The translations under genes and the position numbers were made by a program. From an uncultured Armatimonadetes bacterium (GTDB taxonomy: Bacteria; Armatimonadota; Hebobacteria; Hebobacterales; Hebobacteraceae), in the NCBI GenBank assembly GCA_963716175.1, contig OY970296.1, positions 3,264,001 to 3,328,000 on the forward strand: 64,000 nucleotides of DNA, read 5' to 3'. Positions 47,791 through 57,385 of the stretch are shown here, one piece after another. Below the pieces are notes generated by a model, which saw only the letters and a list, made by a program, of their open reading frames with translations, made no database searches and was not told the DNA's origin. The stretch's first letter is position 1. Every line of letters begins with the position of its first letter.

Positions 47791-49242
47791 TCACAGCTTC
47801 GCGTGTCGGCCCACCACCTCTACCTTCAGCAGGTTGGTGTTGCCCGGCCCGGGCGGCACGCCGGCCGTCACTACCACCCGCTCGCCGGCCCGCACCAGGC
47901 CGGCCTGGCGCGCCCGCGCCACCGCGTTCACTATCAGCTCGTCGCTGTTGCGGCCCCGCGGCGCCAGCAGGGGGTGCACGCCCCAGACCAGGGTCAGCCG
48001 CCTGAGTGTTGCCACATCCGCGGTCACGGCTATTATCGGCGTCTCGGGCCGGTGCCGCGAGACCATGAGCGCAGTGTAGCCCGAGCTGGTTGCGGTGATG
48101 ATGGCGCGCGCGTTCACATCGCCCGCCAGGCTGCAGGCCGCCTCGCTGATGCCGCTCGCGATGCTCTCGCACGGCCAGGCGCGCGACTCGGTCAGCCGCT
48201 CCTGGAAGTCGGAGGCGGCCTCGGCGCGAGCGATGACATCGGACATCACCCGCACTGCTTCCGTTGGGTACTGGCCGGCAGCCGTCTCACCCGACAGCAT
48301 CACCCCGTCGCTGCCATCGAACACCGCGTTAGCGACATCGCTCACCTCCGCCCGCGTCGGTCGCGGGCTGCTGACCATGGACTCGAGCATCTGGGTGGCG
48401 GTGACCACGGGTCTGCCCACTCGCCGGCAGCGGGCGATGATCGCCTTCTGCAGCACTGGCACCTGGGCCAGCGGCAGCTCGATCCCCAGGTCTCCCCGCG
48501 CCACCATGATCCCATCCGCCGCCTCCACGATTTCGTCGAGGCGATCCACCGCCTCGTGTTTCTCTATCTTCGCCATCAGCCTTGGCGCCGGGCTCGCCCC
48601 CTTCAGCGCGCGGCGCAGCGGAGAGAGGTCGCTAGCCCTGCGTACGAAGGACATCGCCACCCAATCCACGCCGCGCGCGAGGCCGAACTTCAGGTCGGCG
48701 AGATCCTTGGCGGTCACTGTCCTGATGGGCAGCGCGGCGTCGGGTGCGTTGAGTCCCTGGTGGGACTTGAGCACACCTCCCGTCTGCACCCGGCACCGGA
48801 TCTCCGACCTGCTCGCCGACAGCACGCGCAGCTCGATGCTCCCGTCGGCCAACAGCAAGCGCTGGCCCGGCGCCACTGCCTTCGCCAGCTCGGGCACTGG
48901 CAGCGGCAGCCGGGAGGGAGAGGAAGAGGCGCTCTCGGTGACGCTCAGCACCAGTGGGGCGCCGGCCCGCAGTTCCACCATACCACCGGGCAGCTCGCCT
49001 ACGCGCAGCTTCGGCCCCGAGAGGTCCTGCAAGATGCCGATGGGACGGCCCACTTCCTCGGCCACCGAGCGCAGCAGAGCGATGGTTCGAGCATGGGTCT
49101 CGTGCGTGCCATAGGAGAAGTTCAGCCGCGCTACATCCATCCCCGCCCGCGCCAGCCGCCGGATCGCCGCGCCGGAGCTGGTCGCCGGCCCGATCGTACA
49201 TACGATCTTGGTGCGTCTTGGCAGCTCTCGCTTTGGTGGCAT
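47791..49242 (-). CDS. pyk: Pyruvate kinase
   Basis: TKIVCTIGPA, RLNFSYG, DLSGPKLR, AKIE, MVARGDLG, ATQMLESM, PTRAE, MLSGET. Confidence 0.96.
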   Translation of the reverse strand: MPPKRELPRRTKIVCTIGPATSSGAAIRRLARAGMDVARLNFSYGTHETHARTIALLRSVAEEVGRPIGILQDLSGPKLRVGELPGGMVELRAGAPLVLSVTESASSSPSRLPLPVPELAKAVAPGQRLLLADGSIELRVLSASRSEIRCRVQTGGVLKSHQGLNAPDAALPIRTVTAKDLADLKFGLARGVDWVAMSFVRRASDLSPLRRALKGASPAPRLMAKIEKHEAVDRLDEIVEAADGIMVARGDLGIELPLAQVPVLQKAIIARCRRVGRPVVTATQMLESMVSSPRPTRAEVSDVANAVFDGSDGVMLSGETAAGQYPTEAVRVMSDVIARAEAASDFQERLTESRAWPCESIASGISEAACSLAGDVNARAIITATSSGYTALMVSRHRPETPIIAVTADVATLRRLTLVWGVHPLLAPRGRNSDELIVNAVARARQAGLVRAGERVVVTAGVPPGPGNTNLLKVEVVGRHAKL

Positions 49243-49443
49243 CGCTTGCCCAGTGGTCGGTGCTTGGGACAGGTCGCGGACCTATCCTCTCGGGGGATTT
49301 ACCACATGGGGCAGATCGCGGCCAATCGCGCCTCTTCCCGCGCCCGGTGGCGACAAGAAGGGCGACGGTGGGGGAGGTGGACAGCGGCAGGCGGGGAAGC
49401 TCGTGCTTCGTAGCAAAGGACACTGCTCTGCTGAAGCTATAGG

Positions 49444-49558
49444 GTTTCTTGCATTATGGTGACGCCAACCATAATGCAGGAAACGCTTCAGCGGAGAGCC
49501 TGACGCCTGCAAAGGCGATTCTCTTGCGTTACGGCTGTAATCGTAACGCAAGAGAATC
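49444..49558. repeat. Two related 17-bp-stem hairpins
   Basis: GTTTCTTGCATTATGGT/ACCATAATGCAGGAAAC (49444-49484, one G-T) and GATTCTCTTGCGTTACG/CGTAACGCAAGAGAATC (49517-49558, perfect). Confidence 0.8.
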
Positions 49559-49560
49559 TG

Positions 49561-49690
49561 TAGAAGCTGTTTCATAACCTTCCCAGGGGAGGTTATGAAA
49601 CAGCACTGCACAACGTCAGGCCGTGGCAGGCGCATTTCATGCGAGGGCGTGGTGCGGCCAGCCAGCCGGTAGGTTATGAAATGCGCTCTA
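49561..49690 (-). mobile_element. 130-bp MITE-like element, copy 2 (inverted)
   Basis: Reverse complement of 45960-46089 with 5 mismatches. Confidence 0.8.
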
Positions 49691-49757
49691 GCCAGTGCGG
49701 AGCGCAGGCTTCGCAATCTGGCAGAGCAGCAAAGCCCCTGCATCCCCAGGGAGGTGG

Positions 49758-50789
49758 ATGATGAGAGCCGCCATCTTTCCGACCCCGGAAGTGTGCGAGA
49801 TCGTGGAGCGGCAAACCCCGACGCCGCCCGAGTGGTACGTGGTGGTGCGAGTGGAGGCCTGCGGGGTTTGCGGCACCGATGTGCACATCTACCGCGGTGA
49901 GTTCCCGGCTCGCTTCCCCCTCATCCCCGGGCACGAGTTCGCCGGCGTGGTGGAGGATGTGGGGCAGGGAGTGGCCAGCCTGCGCCCCGGTCACCGTGTC
50001 GTCATTGACCCCAATATCAACTGCGGCTCCTGCCGGCCCTGCCAGCGCGGACTCACCCACCTCTGCCGCAACCTGGTCGCCTTCGGTGTGACGGCCGACG
50101 GCGGCTTCGCCACCCACTGCTCGGTTCCGGCCCGCCAGTGCTACAAGCTGCCGGCCGAGATGCCCTTCGAGGTGGCCGCCATGACCGAGCCCGTCGCCTG
50201 CTGTGTCCATGGGGTCGAGCGGGCGCAGATTCGGCCCGGCGAGGCGGTGGTCGTGATTGGGGCGGGCATGATCGGGCTGGTGATGCTCCAGTTAGCCCTG
50301 ATGCGCGGGGCCGCGGCCGTGATCGTCTCCGACCACGCGGCCGAGAAGCGGGAGCTGGCGATGCAGTTCGGGGCAACCCGGACCGTGAATCCCAAGACTG
50401 AGGATCTCGCCGAGGTGGTGATGAAGGCGACGGAGGAGTCGGGCGCCGATGTGGCGATTGACTGCGTGGGCGGAGTGGAAACCTCACAGCAGGCCGTGGC
50501 GCTGGTGGGAGAAGGCGGGCGGGCGCTGCTGTTCGGGGTGGCCCCGCAGAAGGCAGAGATAACCGTCAAGCCCTACCATATCTACGCCCACGAGATCACC
50601 ATCACGGGCAGCTTCATCAATCCGTTCACTCACGGAGCTGCGCTGTCGCTGCTGGCCGCCGGGCGGATCAAGGTGGCGGAGATCATCAGCCACCGCCTGG
50701 GTCTGGACGAGCTGCCTCGCGCCTTCGAGCTACTGGAGGCGCGGCAGGCCAGCAAGATCGTCATCCTGCCCCAGCGCACCCAGGAGTGA
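49758..50789 (+). CDS. Zinc-dependent alcohol/polyol dehydrogenase (MDR family)
   Basis: CGVCGTD, GHEFAG, CGSCRPC..C, EPVAC, GAGMIG. Confidence 0.93.
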   Translation: MMRAAIFPTPEVCEIVERQTPTPPEWYVVVRVEACGVCGTDVHIYRGEFPARFPLIPGHEFAGVVEDVGQGVASLRPGHRVVIDPNINCGSCRPCQRGLTHLCRNLVAFGVTADGGFATHCSVPARQCYKLPAEMPFEVAAMTEPVACCVHGVERAQIRPGEAVVVIGAGMIGLVMLQLALMRGAAAVIVSDHAAEKRELAMQFGATRTVNPKTEDLAEVVMKATEESGADVAIDCVGGVETSQQAVALVGEGGRALLFGVAPQKAEITVKPYHIYAHEITITGSFINPFTHGAALSLLAAGRIKVAEIISHRLGLDELPRAFELLEARQASKIVILPQRTQE

Positions 50790-50885
50790 TCGCCGCCCCC
50801 CGAGCAGAATAACGCCTTGGTCTTCGCGCGCCGTGCCGTGGGCCGGCGCCCGGGAAGCGGAATGGGTTCCCAAGAATTCATCGCC

Positions 50886-51398
50886 ATGCTCGAGCGGCTG
50901 TTCAAGGCCTTCATCTTCGTGCCTTGCATGGCCTTGATCGCCTGGTGGCTGTTCAGCGCCTGGCTCGACCACACCCTGACCCTGGGCGAGGCCGCGGCCG
51001 GTATCGTGCTGCTGGCGGGCGCCTTCTTGCTCGGGGTGATCTCGATCGTCTCTGGAGGCTGGGGTTTCCTCGGCATTCTCGCGCTGATCTATGTGCTGCT
51101 GCTGGCGCTGGTGGTGTGGGAGTATGTCTACTGGCGCCGCCGCGAGCGGGAGCACTGGCGGGATCAGATCGAGAGATATCAGGAAGCCATCGCCCGCGAT
51201 CCCCTGAACGCCGCCGCCTACTCTTTCCTGGGCCACACGCACCTCGCGCTGGGAAGCATTGACGAGGCGGTGTCCGCCTTGGAGCAGGCGCTGGCGCTAG
51301 ACCCGCGCTCCGACAAGGATCGGCGCCTGCTGCGGCGCGCGCGGGAGCTTCAGGAGCGCATCCTTTCGCGACGGCGCCGCCCACCCCGCGGCGCCTAG
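50886..51398 (+). CDS. Membrane protein with C-terminal TPR
   Basis: Three TM helices; AIARDPLNAAAYSFLG..ALALDP. Confidence 0.75.
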   Translation: MLERLFKAFIFVPCMALIAWWLFSAWLDHTLTLGEAAAGIVLLAGAFLLGVISIVSGGWGFLGILALIYVLLLALVVWEYVYWRRREREHWRDQIERYQEAIARDPLNAAAYSFLGHTHLALGSIDEAVSALEQALALDPRSDKDRRLLRRARELQERILSRRRRPPRGA

Positions 51399-51402
51399 CT
51401 CC

Positions 51403-52086
51403 TCACCTCGGACGCCTGGGGCAGACCGCCATGCACAGCCCGCAGATGGTGGACTCGATGCCCCGATCCGCCGCTCGTGCCAGGGCCGCGCGCCGGCAAG
51501 CATGGGCATCGTAGAACTCCTCCCGCGGGCGCCCCGCCCACCACAGCTCGCCGCTGACCGCGCCTCCGGGGCAGATATCCGTGCAGGCCGTGCAATCCCC
51601 ACACTCACTCTCAACTACGGGTGTCCCCACTGCCAGGGGCGCGTCGGTCAGCAGGCTGGTGAGCCGCAGCGCCGGCCCCAGCTCCGGGGTCACCAGCAAG
51701 GCCGACTTGCCGATCCAGCCCAGGCCGGCCCGAGTGGCCGCCATCTTGTGCGAGAAGGGCGCCGCCAGGGTCGCCGGATCTATCTCGCCCAGAGTCGCCG
51801 GATTGGCTCTCCCTCGGTACCCGGCCTCCGCGATCACGCCTGCGAGCTGGCCCGCGATCTCGTCCAGCCTGCGGTTGAAGTCGAGGTACTCCTGGTAGTA
51901 AGCTGGGCTGGGCATCGCCTCCAGGTCCGCCAAGGCCGCGGCTGAATGAGCGATTACGATCACCACCGCCCGCGGCAGCTCCGCCAGCCCGGCGAGATCG
52001 GCGAAGCCGACGAGCGACGCCCCGGCGGCGAGGGCGCAGCAGCGCAGGCAATCAGTAAGCTCCCCATCGGGTCGCGTGGGCGCCAC
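51403..52086 (-). CDS. QueG-like 4Fe-4S protein (epoxyqueuosine reductase family)
   Basis: FSHKMAATRAGLGWIGKS, TPELGP, CGDCTACTDICP, CGLCMAVCP. Confidence 0.82.
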   Translation of the reverse strand: MAPTRPDGELTDCLRCCALAAGASLVGFADLAGLAELPRAVVIVIAHSAAALADLEAMPSPAYYQEYLDFNRRLDEIAGQLAGVIAEAGYRGRANPATLGEIDPATLAAPFSHKMAATRAGLGWIGKSALLVTPELGPALRLTSLLTDAPLAVGTPVVESECGDCTACTDICPGGAVSGELWWAGRPREEFYDAHACRRAALARAADRGIESTICGLCMAVCPRRPR

Positions 52087-52087
52087 T

Positions 52088-52642
52088 CTACTTCACCTGG
52101 ATCTCGTCTCGCGAGGGAGCAGCTTCCTCCGGCGGCATCAGCATTCCCGGAAGCAAAGATCGCCGCAGTGTCACATAGACTTTGATCCCCGGCTCCCGGT
52201 CCTGGGTCTCTATCCCCAGGTCGTGTTTCGCCAGCCTGACTGTTGACGCCATTTCGAGGTCAAGTTGGAACAGCCCCTTCGGGTCCATCCAGACCGCGCG
52301 AAAGACATCCACGAGCTTGTCTTTCTCCTGCTGCTGGACCCAGGCCGGCGCGCCCTTGGTCATCAGCTTCCACCCTTTGGGTTCGAGCTGCTTCTGGTAG
52401 AAGTAGAACACCGACAGCGACGGGTAATCCTCATTCAGCTTGAACCAGTACTTGCGTAAGCTCATGTTCGGCGAGGTCTGCTCCTCCGCGCCCTCCGTGC
52501 CCGGATAGTGGATCAGCTCCGGCTCGGTCGTCACACGCTGCGCCGCCCGGCCGCGCTGCCATCTGGCCAGCCCGGCCATCAGCACGATCCAGCCGACCAG
52601 CACCACGCCCAATACTATCAGCAGTTCCTTACGCAGGTTCAC
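52088..52642 (-). CDS. Hypothetical membrane-anchored protein
   Basis: N-terminal TM; YPG..VFYFYQKQL..GW pattern; overlaps lysE-like stop. Confidence 0.65.
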   Translation of the reverse strand: MNLRKELLIVLGVVLVGWIVLMAGLARWQRGRAAQRVTTEPELIHYPGTEGAEEQTSPNMSLRKYWFKLNEDYPSLSVFYFYQKQLEPKGWKLMTKGAPAWVQQQEKDKLVDVFRAVWMDPKGLFQLDLEMASTVRLAKHDLGIETQDREPGIKVYVTLRRSLLPGMLMPPEEAAPSRDEIQVK

Positions 52643-53427
52643 CTTGAGTCAGCTCCCTTTTCGCGGTTCTGCCTTAGCTGCTCCTTGCGACGGCGGGCGT
52701 GGGCACGCCCGCCCTGCACCACGGCCGCGGGGCGCTGGCGCAGCGAGCGCGCTCCCGCAACCACAAAGATCACTCCCAGCCCCAGCAGGAAGGCCCCGCA
52801 CACCACATAGATACCCCGCAGCACACCCGCGGAAAAGAGGGTGCGGCCGAAGGCCAGCGCCACCGACACCGCGCAGTACCAGACCACATCAGAGAGAATG
52901 TGGCCGACGAAGTAGGTTCCACCCCCCACCGGGCCCCGCTGGCTCGCCCAGCCCACGTGGGCCACCCCGATGGTCGCCCACCACAGCCACCAATAGGGAT
53001 TCGCCATGCTCATCAGCCCGCCGAGGAAGGCGAGTTGGAGCACGAGCCCAGGCATGGGCAGACCGGTGCCGGAAGCAGCGGCTGCGCCCCCTGCTTGCAG
53101 CGCCGCGGCCGCACTCTCTCCCGGAATCTGAACCGTCAGATACCCGAGGTAGAGGAGCACCAGCCCTCCAACCACGCCGATCGTCCCGCGCACCCGCGGC
53201 GAGCGCGCGAACTTGATCAGACCGGTGATCAACAGGATCACCGCGATCAACTCCAGCGCCCCGTGCCCGATCATCATCAACGGCCCCGCCAGCCAGCCGA
53301 CCCGCACCGACTCGGTCACCACCACCGCCAGCAGCGAGCCGGGCACCACGGCCCCGGAGAAGCCAGTCGCCAGCGCGACTGCGAAGATGGCGGGAAGCGC
53401 AATGCTTCTTGGCAAGGTAGCGTTCAT
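52639..53427 (-). CDS. LysE-family translocator
   Basis: GFSGAVVPG, GHGALE, NPYWWLWW..IG, GHILSD. Confidence 0.85.
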   Translation of the reverse strand: MNATLPRSIALPAIFAVALATGFSGAVVPGSLLAVVVTESVRVGWLAGPLMMIGHGALELIAVILLITGLIKFARSPRVRGTIGVVGGLVLLYLGYLTVQIPGESAAAALQAGGAAAASGTGLPMPGLVLQLAFLGGLMSMANPYWWLWWATIGVAHVGWASQRGPVGGGTYFVGHILSDVVWYCAVSVALAFGRTLFSAGVLRGIYVVCGAFLLGLGVIFVVAGARSLRQRPAAVVQGGRAHARRRKEQLRQNREKGADSR

Positions 53428-54542
53428 TCCTGGATTAGCTCCAGGTTGGCGCGCGGCGCCCGCACTTCCTCGCCGCCGTCCAGCTCGATCAACGCGATGC
53501 GGACGCGCGACTCGGTGTCAATTTCGGTGAGCTCGGAGGGAAGCGCGGTGACTCGGCCCAGAGCCCCGAAATGCGGCTCCCGGATCACCCGCACGCGGGC
53601 GCCGATGACCAGCATCTGCGCGGGCGGCGCCTCCGGTGCGCCGGCGCCCACCACCTCCCGGGTGACGATGATCTCGGGGCGGATCACCCCGGCCCGGATC
53701 TGGGTGGCGCCGTCAATGGAGGCGAGCTGACCCTCCAACGAGGACAGCAGCTCCCAGGTGTGCCTGGCCATGGGCAGCTCGCCGAACCCCTCGGTGATGA
53801 TCAGGGTCATGGGCACGGCTTCCTGGCCTGTGATCGCCACGCCAATATCGTACCCAACGTATTGGCGCAGCACCTCATCGCTCACCGCCCCGACCACCAG
53901 TCCGACCGCGCCCGCCCCAGCGGCAGCGGTGATGGCCGCTGCCTCCGCGCTCGCCCCCGCGATCAACACGCAGCCCTCGCAGTCCGCGATTGACTCCGCG
54001 CGCAGCGGCTGGTCCGGGCCCTGGGTGGCCACCCGCAGCCGGCCCCTGCGCTCGCCCCCGACCCCGAAGATGCCCTGCACCAGTGCCCCCCGGGCTTCGA
54101 TCACCGCCCCCTCTTCGGCGATCACCTCGACCACCCGGCCGGCGATGTGGGCCAGCACCTCGATGCTCCTGGGTGGCTCTCGCAGGCGAACGAAGCCGGA
54201 GGCCGTGCTCACCTCCTCCACCGTCCCGGCGACCGGTGAGCGCACCTCGTTCTTGAACAGCCCCCACAGCCCCTGGGTGCGAGCGATCACCTCACCTGGC
54301 TGCACTGCGTCGCCGGGGTGCTTCAGCAGATAGGACTCCAGCTCATAGGGCTCGACGTGCAGCATCTGCGCCGCCCGCATCACCTGCACGTTGCCCGGCC
54401 GCTGGGCCCGCGCCACCGCCGCCTCCGCGGACACCAAATCGCCCATGCCCGCCAACACCTGGCCCCGCATCGGCAGCCGCCGGGTCTGGCGCACTATGGT
54501 GTCCGCGGCCACCCGCAGCCCTGGGGTATAGGCCACCGGCAT
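53424..54542 (-). CDS. Conserved hypothetical partner of GlmL-like proteins
   Basis: AYTPGL, RRLP..G.V, barrel-sandwich-like SPVAGTV, QGIFGVGGE, TEGFG, GATQIRAGVIRPE, C-terminal SH3-like domain. Confidence 0.72.
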   Translation of the reverse strand: MPVAYTPGLRVAADTIVRQTRRLPMRGQVLAGMGDLVSAEAAVARAQRPGNVQVMRAAQMLHVEPYELESYLLKHPGDAVQPGEVIARTQGLWGLFKNEVRSPVAGTVEEVSTASGFVRLREPPRSIEVLAHIAGRVVEVIAEEGAVIEARGALVQGIFGVGGERRGRLRVATQGPDQPLRAESIADCEGCVLIAGASAEAAAITAAAGAGAVGLVVGAVSDEVLRQYVGYDIGVAITGQEAVPMTLIITEGFGELPMARHTWELLSSLEGQLASIDGATQIRAGVIRPEIIVTREVVGAGAPEAPPAQMLVIGARVRVIREPHFGALGRVTALPSELTEIDTESRVRIALIELDGGEEVRAPRANLELIQE

Positions 54543-54544
54543 CG

Positions 54545-56326
54545 CTAGCTTACTCCTGGCATCGCGCCCGCCGCGCGCAGCCACTGCTCCAGCTTGGCCA
54601 GGCGCTGCTGATCGTCGGCCGGCAGCTCCAGCGGCCGGCCCCGCCCATCGAGGATGATCCCGACCACGCCCCCGTCCACCACACCGGTCCACCGGTGGCC
54701 CCGCCCCGCGCCCACATCCAGCCCCCGTCTGGGATGCAGGGTCGCCTCGCGCTTCTCGCCGAGCGGGAGAGCGAGCCGCCGCAGCTCCCCACCGCGCAGC
54801 TCGCCCCGATCATCTCCGATCTCCCATGCCAGCACCACCTCGCCCTCGCGGCCCCGGCCCGCCGGCGCGATCACGGTCCCCAGTGGGATCAAGCAATCCC
54901 GCCGGAATACCTCCATCGCCGCCTCCGGCAGCACCGAGGCCAGCACCCCGAGCTGAGGCATCATGAAGATAGAATCAACCGCCAGCTTGGTGACGCCCTG
55001 GGGCTCGAAGGCATCCACCATCATCAGCGCGGCCTGCTCCCGGCGCGGGGCGTGGGAGAGAATGCCGCCGCTGCCGATGATCAGCCGGAGCGACATCATG
55101 TCCACCAGACTGGCGCCGCCCGCGGTCTGGGAGAAGATGTCGGCGATGGTCCGCGCTTGCTGCACGCCTTTGAGGCCCGAGGCCAGCGCCCCATGGTGGG
55201 CCAGCGCCAAGCGCAGTGCCTCCCTGGCCACCGCTTGCTCCAGGAGCAGGTCGCCCATAGCTTGCGGGATGGTGGTGGGACGGATCATCTTGTTGCGCAG
55301 CCGGTTGCGCAGATCGGCCTCGGCCATGGGGAGCGGAAGCCAGCGCCGGATGCCAGCCGCGCCCGCCTCCGCCAATACGTTGCATACACTGTAGCTGAGG
55401 CCGAGGTTCGCGGACACGGTGCGGTTGAACTGATCCCCGAAGACCGAGAAGACATCGGTGGTGGCCCCGCCGATATCCACGGCCAGCACATCCGCGCCCT
55501 CCTGCTGGGCCGCGAGCTGGACCATCTCGCCCACCGCGCGGGGCGTGGACATCACCGGGGCGCTGGTCCAGGTCAGCAGCTTGTCATATCCGGGCGCCTG
55601 GGCCATCACATGCTCCAGGAACAGGCGGTGGATCGCCTCCCGAGAGGGCGCCAGGTTCTCCCGCTCGAGCTGGGGCCGAAGGTTGTCCACCACCAGCAGC
55701 TCCAGCCCGTCTCCGAGCACCTGCCGCACGCCCTCCCGCGCGGCGCTGTTGCCGGCGTAGATCACCGGGAGCTTGAACCCCCGGCCCAACCGGGGCCGGG
55801 GATCGGCCGCCACCAGCAGCTCCGCGGTGTCCAGCAGGTGCTGCACCGTCCCGCCCTCGGTGCCTCCGGACATCAGGATCATGTCCGGCCGGATGGCGCG
55901 GATGCGGGCGATGCGCTCGTGGTCGGCGCGGCCGTCGTCCACCGCGATCACGTCTATCACGATCGCACCCGCCCCCAGCGCCGCGCGTTGTGCCGACTCC
56001 GCGGTCATGGTCTTGACCACGCCAGTGACCAGCATCTGCAGGCCGCCGCCGGCGCTGGAGGTGGAGAGGTAGAGGTCAGCCCCCAGCCCGTTCCGGGAGG
56101 GGGTGGAGACGCGATCCTCCCCCAGGAAGCGGCGCCCGGTCAGCTCCTCCAGCTCGCCGACCGCGTTGCGCACCCCCACGGTGACGTCGTCGAAGGGCGC
56201 CTCCACGGTCGTGGGGGCCTCACCCCGCCCCAGCAGGCGATACCCCGTTTCTCCGCGCTCGATCAGGATCGCCTTCGTGGTGGTGGAACCGCAGTCGGTG
56301 GCGACAATGCGTGCGGCCTCAGCCAT
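54545..56326 (-). CDS. GlmL/MutL-like (glutamate mutase L) ASKHA-fold ATPase
   Basis: DCGSTTTK, SSAGGGL, SGGTEGG, VDIGGATTDVFS, RTVSANLG. Confidence 0.85.
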   Translation of the reverse strand: MAEAARIVATDCGSTTTKAILIERGETGYRLLGRGEAPTTVEAPFDDVTVGVRNAVGELEELTGRRFLGEDRVSTPSRNGLGADLYLSTSSAGGGLQMLVTGVVKTMTAESAQRAALGAGAIVIDVIAVDDGRADHERIARIRAIRPDMILMSGGTEGGTVQHLLDTAELLVAADPRPRLGRGFKLPVIYAGNSAAREGVRQVLGDGLELLVVDNLRPQLERENLAPSREAIHRLFLEHVMAQAPGYDKLLTWTSAPVMSTPRAVGEMVQLAAQQEGADVLAVDIGGATTDVFSVFGDQFNRTVSANLGLSYSVCNVLAEAGAAGIRRWLPLPMAEADLRNRLRNKMIRPTTIPQAMGDLLLEQAVAREALRLALAHHGALASGLKGVQQARTIADIFSQTAGGASLVDMMSLRLIIGSGGILSHAPRREQAALMMVDAFEPQGVTKLAVDSIFMMPQLGVLASVLPEAAMEVFRRDCLIPLGTVIAPAGRGREGEVVLAWEIGDDRGELRGGELRRLALPLGEKREATLHPRRGLDVGAGRGHRWTGVVDGGVVGIILDGRGRPLELPADDQQRLAKLEQWLRAAGAMPGVS

Positions 56327-56335
56327 AGCGGCGGC

Positions 56336-56365
56336 ATGATAGCACGCGCTCTTCGCGGGGGTCAA
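56336..56365 (-). promoter_or_regulatory. Sigma70 promoter of GlmL-like gene (very short leader)
   Basis: TTGACC-N18-TATCAT with extended TG, 9 nt before ATG. Confidence 0.55.
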
Positions 56366-56440
56366 CGAAGGAGCGATCCCGGGACGCGGCGGCCGCACGG
56401 GCGGCAGGAGAAACGCGCCCGGGCGCCAAACAGTGCCGCC

Positions 56441-57334
56441 GTGAGCGAGCAAGAGCCGCAGTACACCGAGATTACTGTCCTCGTCCACCCCGACGTGGTC
56501 GAGGGCCTGGTTGACGTGCTGCTGTCCCTGGGCGCCAAGGGGGTAGTGGAGGAGCGCCGGCTGCTCGCCTTTCACGTCACCGCCTATGTCCCCGCGGACG
56601 ACAAGAACGAGGAGCGTGTGAGAGCGATCAGGAGCCGGCTCCACGCCCTGGAGGCGGCCGGACTCCGGGTGGGGCCGGGCACCATCGGGGTGCGCACCGT
56701 GGGGGTGGAGGCCTGGAGCGAGGCCTGGCAGGACCTCTTCCAGGTGCAGCGGATCACGCCCTCATTGGTGCTGGCCCCGAGCTGGGAGGAATACCAGGCC
56801 CAGCCGGGGGAGACGGTGGTGGTGCTCGACCCGGGCGCCGCTTTTGGCACTGGCGGCCATGCCACTACCCGGCTCTGCCTCCGCGCCCTGGTGGAGCAGA
56901 TTCGCCCGGGCGATCGGGTGGCCGATGTGGGCTGCGGCAGCGGGATTCTGGCGATCACCGCCGCGCTGCTGGGCGCCGAGGAAGTGGTGGCCACCGACAG
57001 CGATTCCTCGGCCCTGCTCGTCGCCCGGCAGAACGCGCGGAAGAACGGGGTCGCCGACCTGGTGCGGCTGATCGAGAGCGATCTGGTAGCGGCCTCCCTG
57101 GGGCCGTTCGACCTCATTGTCTGCAACATCATCGCCAGCGAGGTGACGCGGCTGGCCGAGAACCTGCGCCGACTGCTGGCGCCGGGTGGGCGCTTCATCG
57201 GTTCCGGGTTCTTCATCACCATGGTGCCGATGGTGGAGGACGCACTGGTGCGAGCCGGGCTGTCCATGCTGGACACCCCCAGCGAAGAGGGCTGGTCCGC
57301 CTGCGTGGCGGTGAAGCCGGGGCGGAAGCATTGA
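56441..57334 (+). CDS. prmA: Ribosomal protein L11 methyltransferase
   Basis: WSEAW, APSW, LDPGAAFGTGGHATT, DVGCGSGILAI, IVCNI. Confidence 0.9.
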   Translation: MSEQEPQYTEITVLVHPDVVEGLVDVLLSLGAKGVVEERRLLAFHVTAYVPADDKNEERVRAIRSRLHALEAAGLRVGPGTIGVRTVGVEAWSEAWQDLFQVQRITPSLVLAPSWEEYQAQPGETVVVLDPGAAFGTGGHATTRLCLRALVEQIRPGDRVADVGCGSGILAITAALLGAEEVVATDSDSSALLVARQNARKNGVADLVRLIESDLVAASLGPFDLIVCNIIASEVTRLAENLRRLLAPGGRFIGSGFFITMVPMVEDALVRAGLSMLDTPSEEGWSACVAVKPGRKH

Positions 57335-57370
57335 CGTCTGGTGCGCCGAGTGCTATCATACTGATAGCAC
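57331..57370 (+). promoter_or_regulatory. TA promoter with overlapping palindromic operator
   Basis: TTGACG-N17-TATCAT; inverted repeat GTGCTATCA-TAC-TGATAGCAC (57350-57370). Confidence 0.75.
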
Positions 57371-57385
57371 AGCAGGAGGAACGCG

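Noticed and set aside
45960-49690. CRISPR array suggested by recurring TTTCATAACCT palindromes
   Set aside because: No regularly spaced direct repeats with unique spacers and no cas genes; explained by the MITE-like element
54695-56440. Long antisense ORFs (e.g. upstream part of 54695-57334, 47395-49413, 2199-3689)
   Set aside because: Shadow frames of real genes in GC-rich DNA with no recognisable motifs
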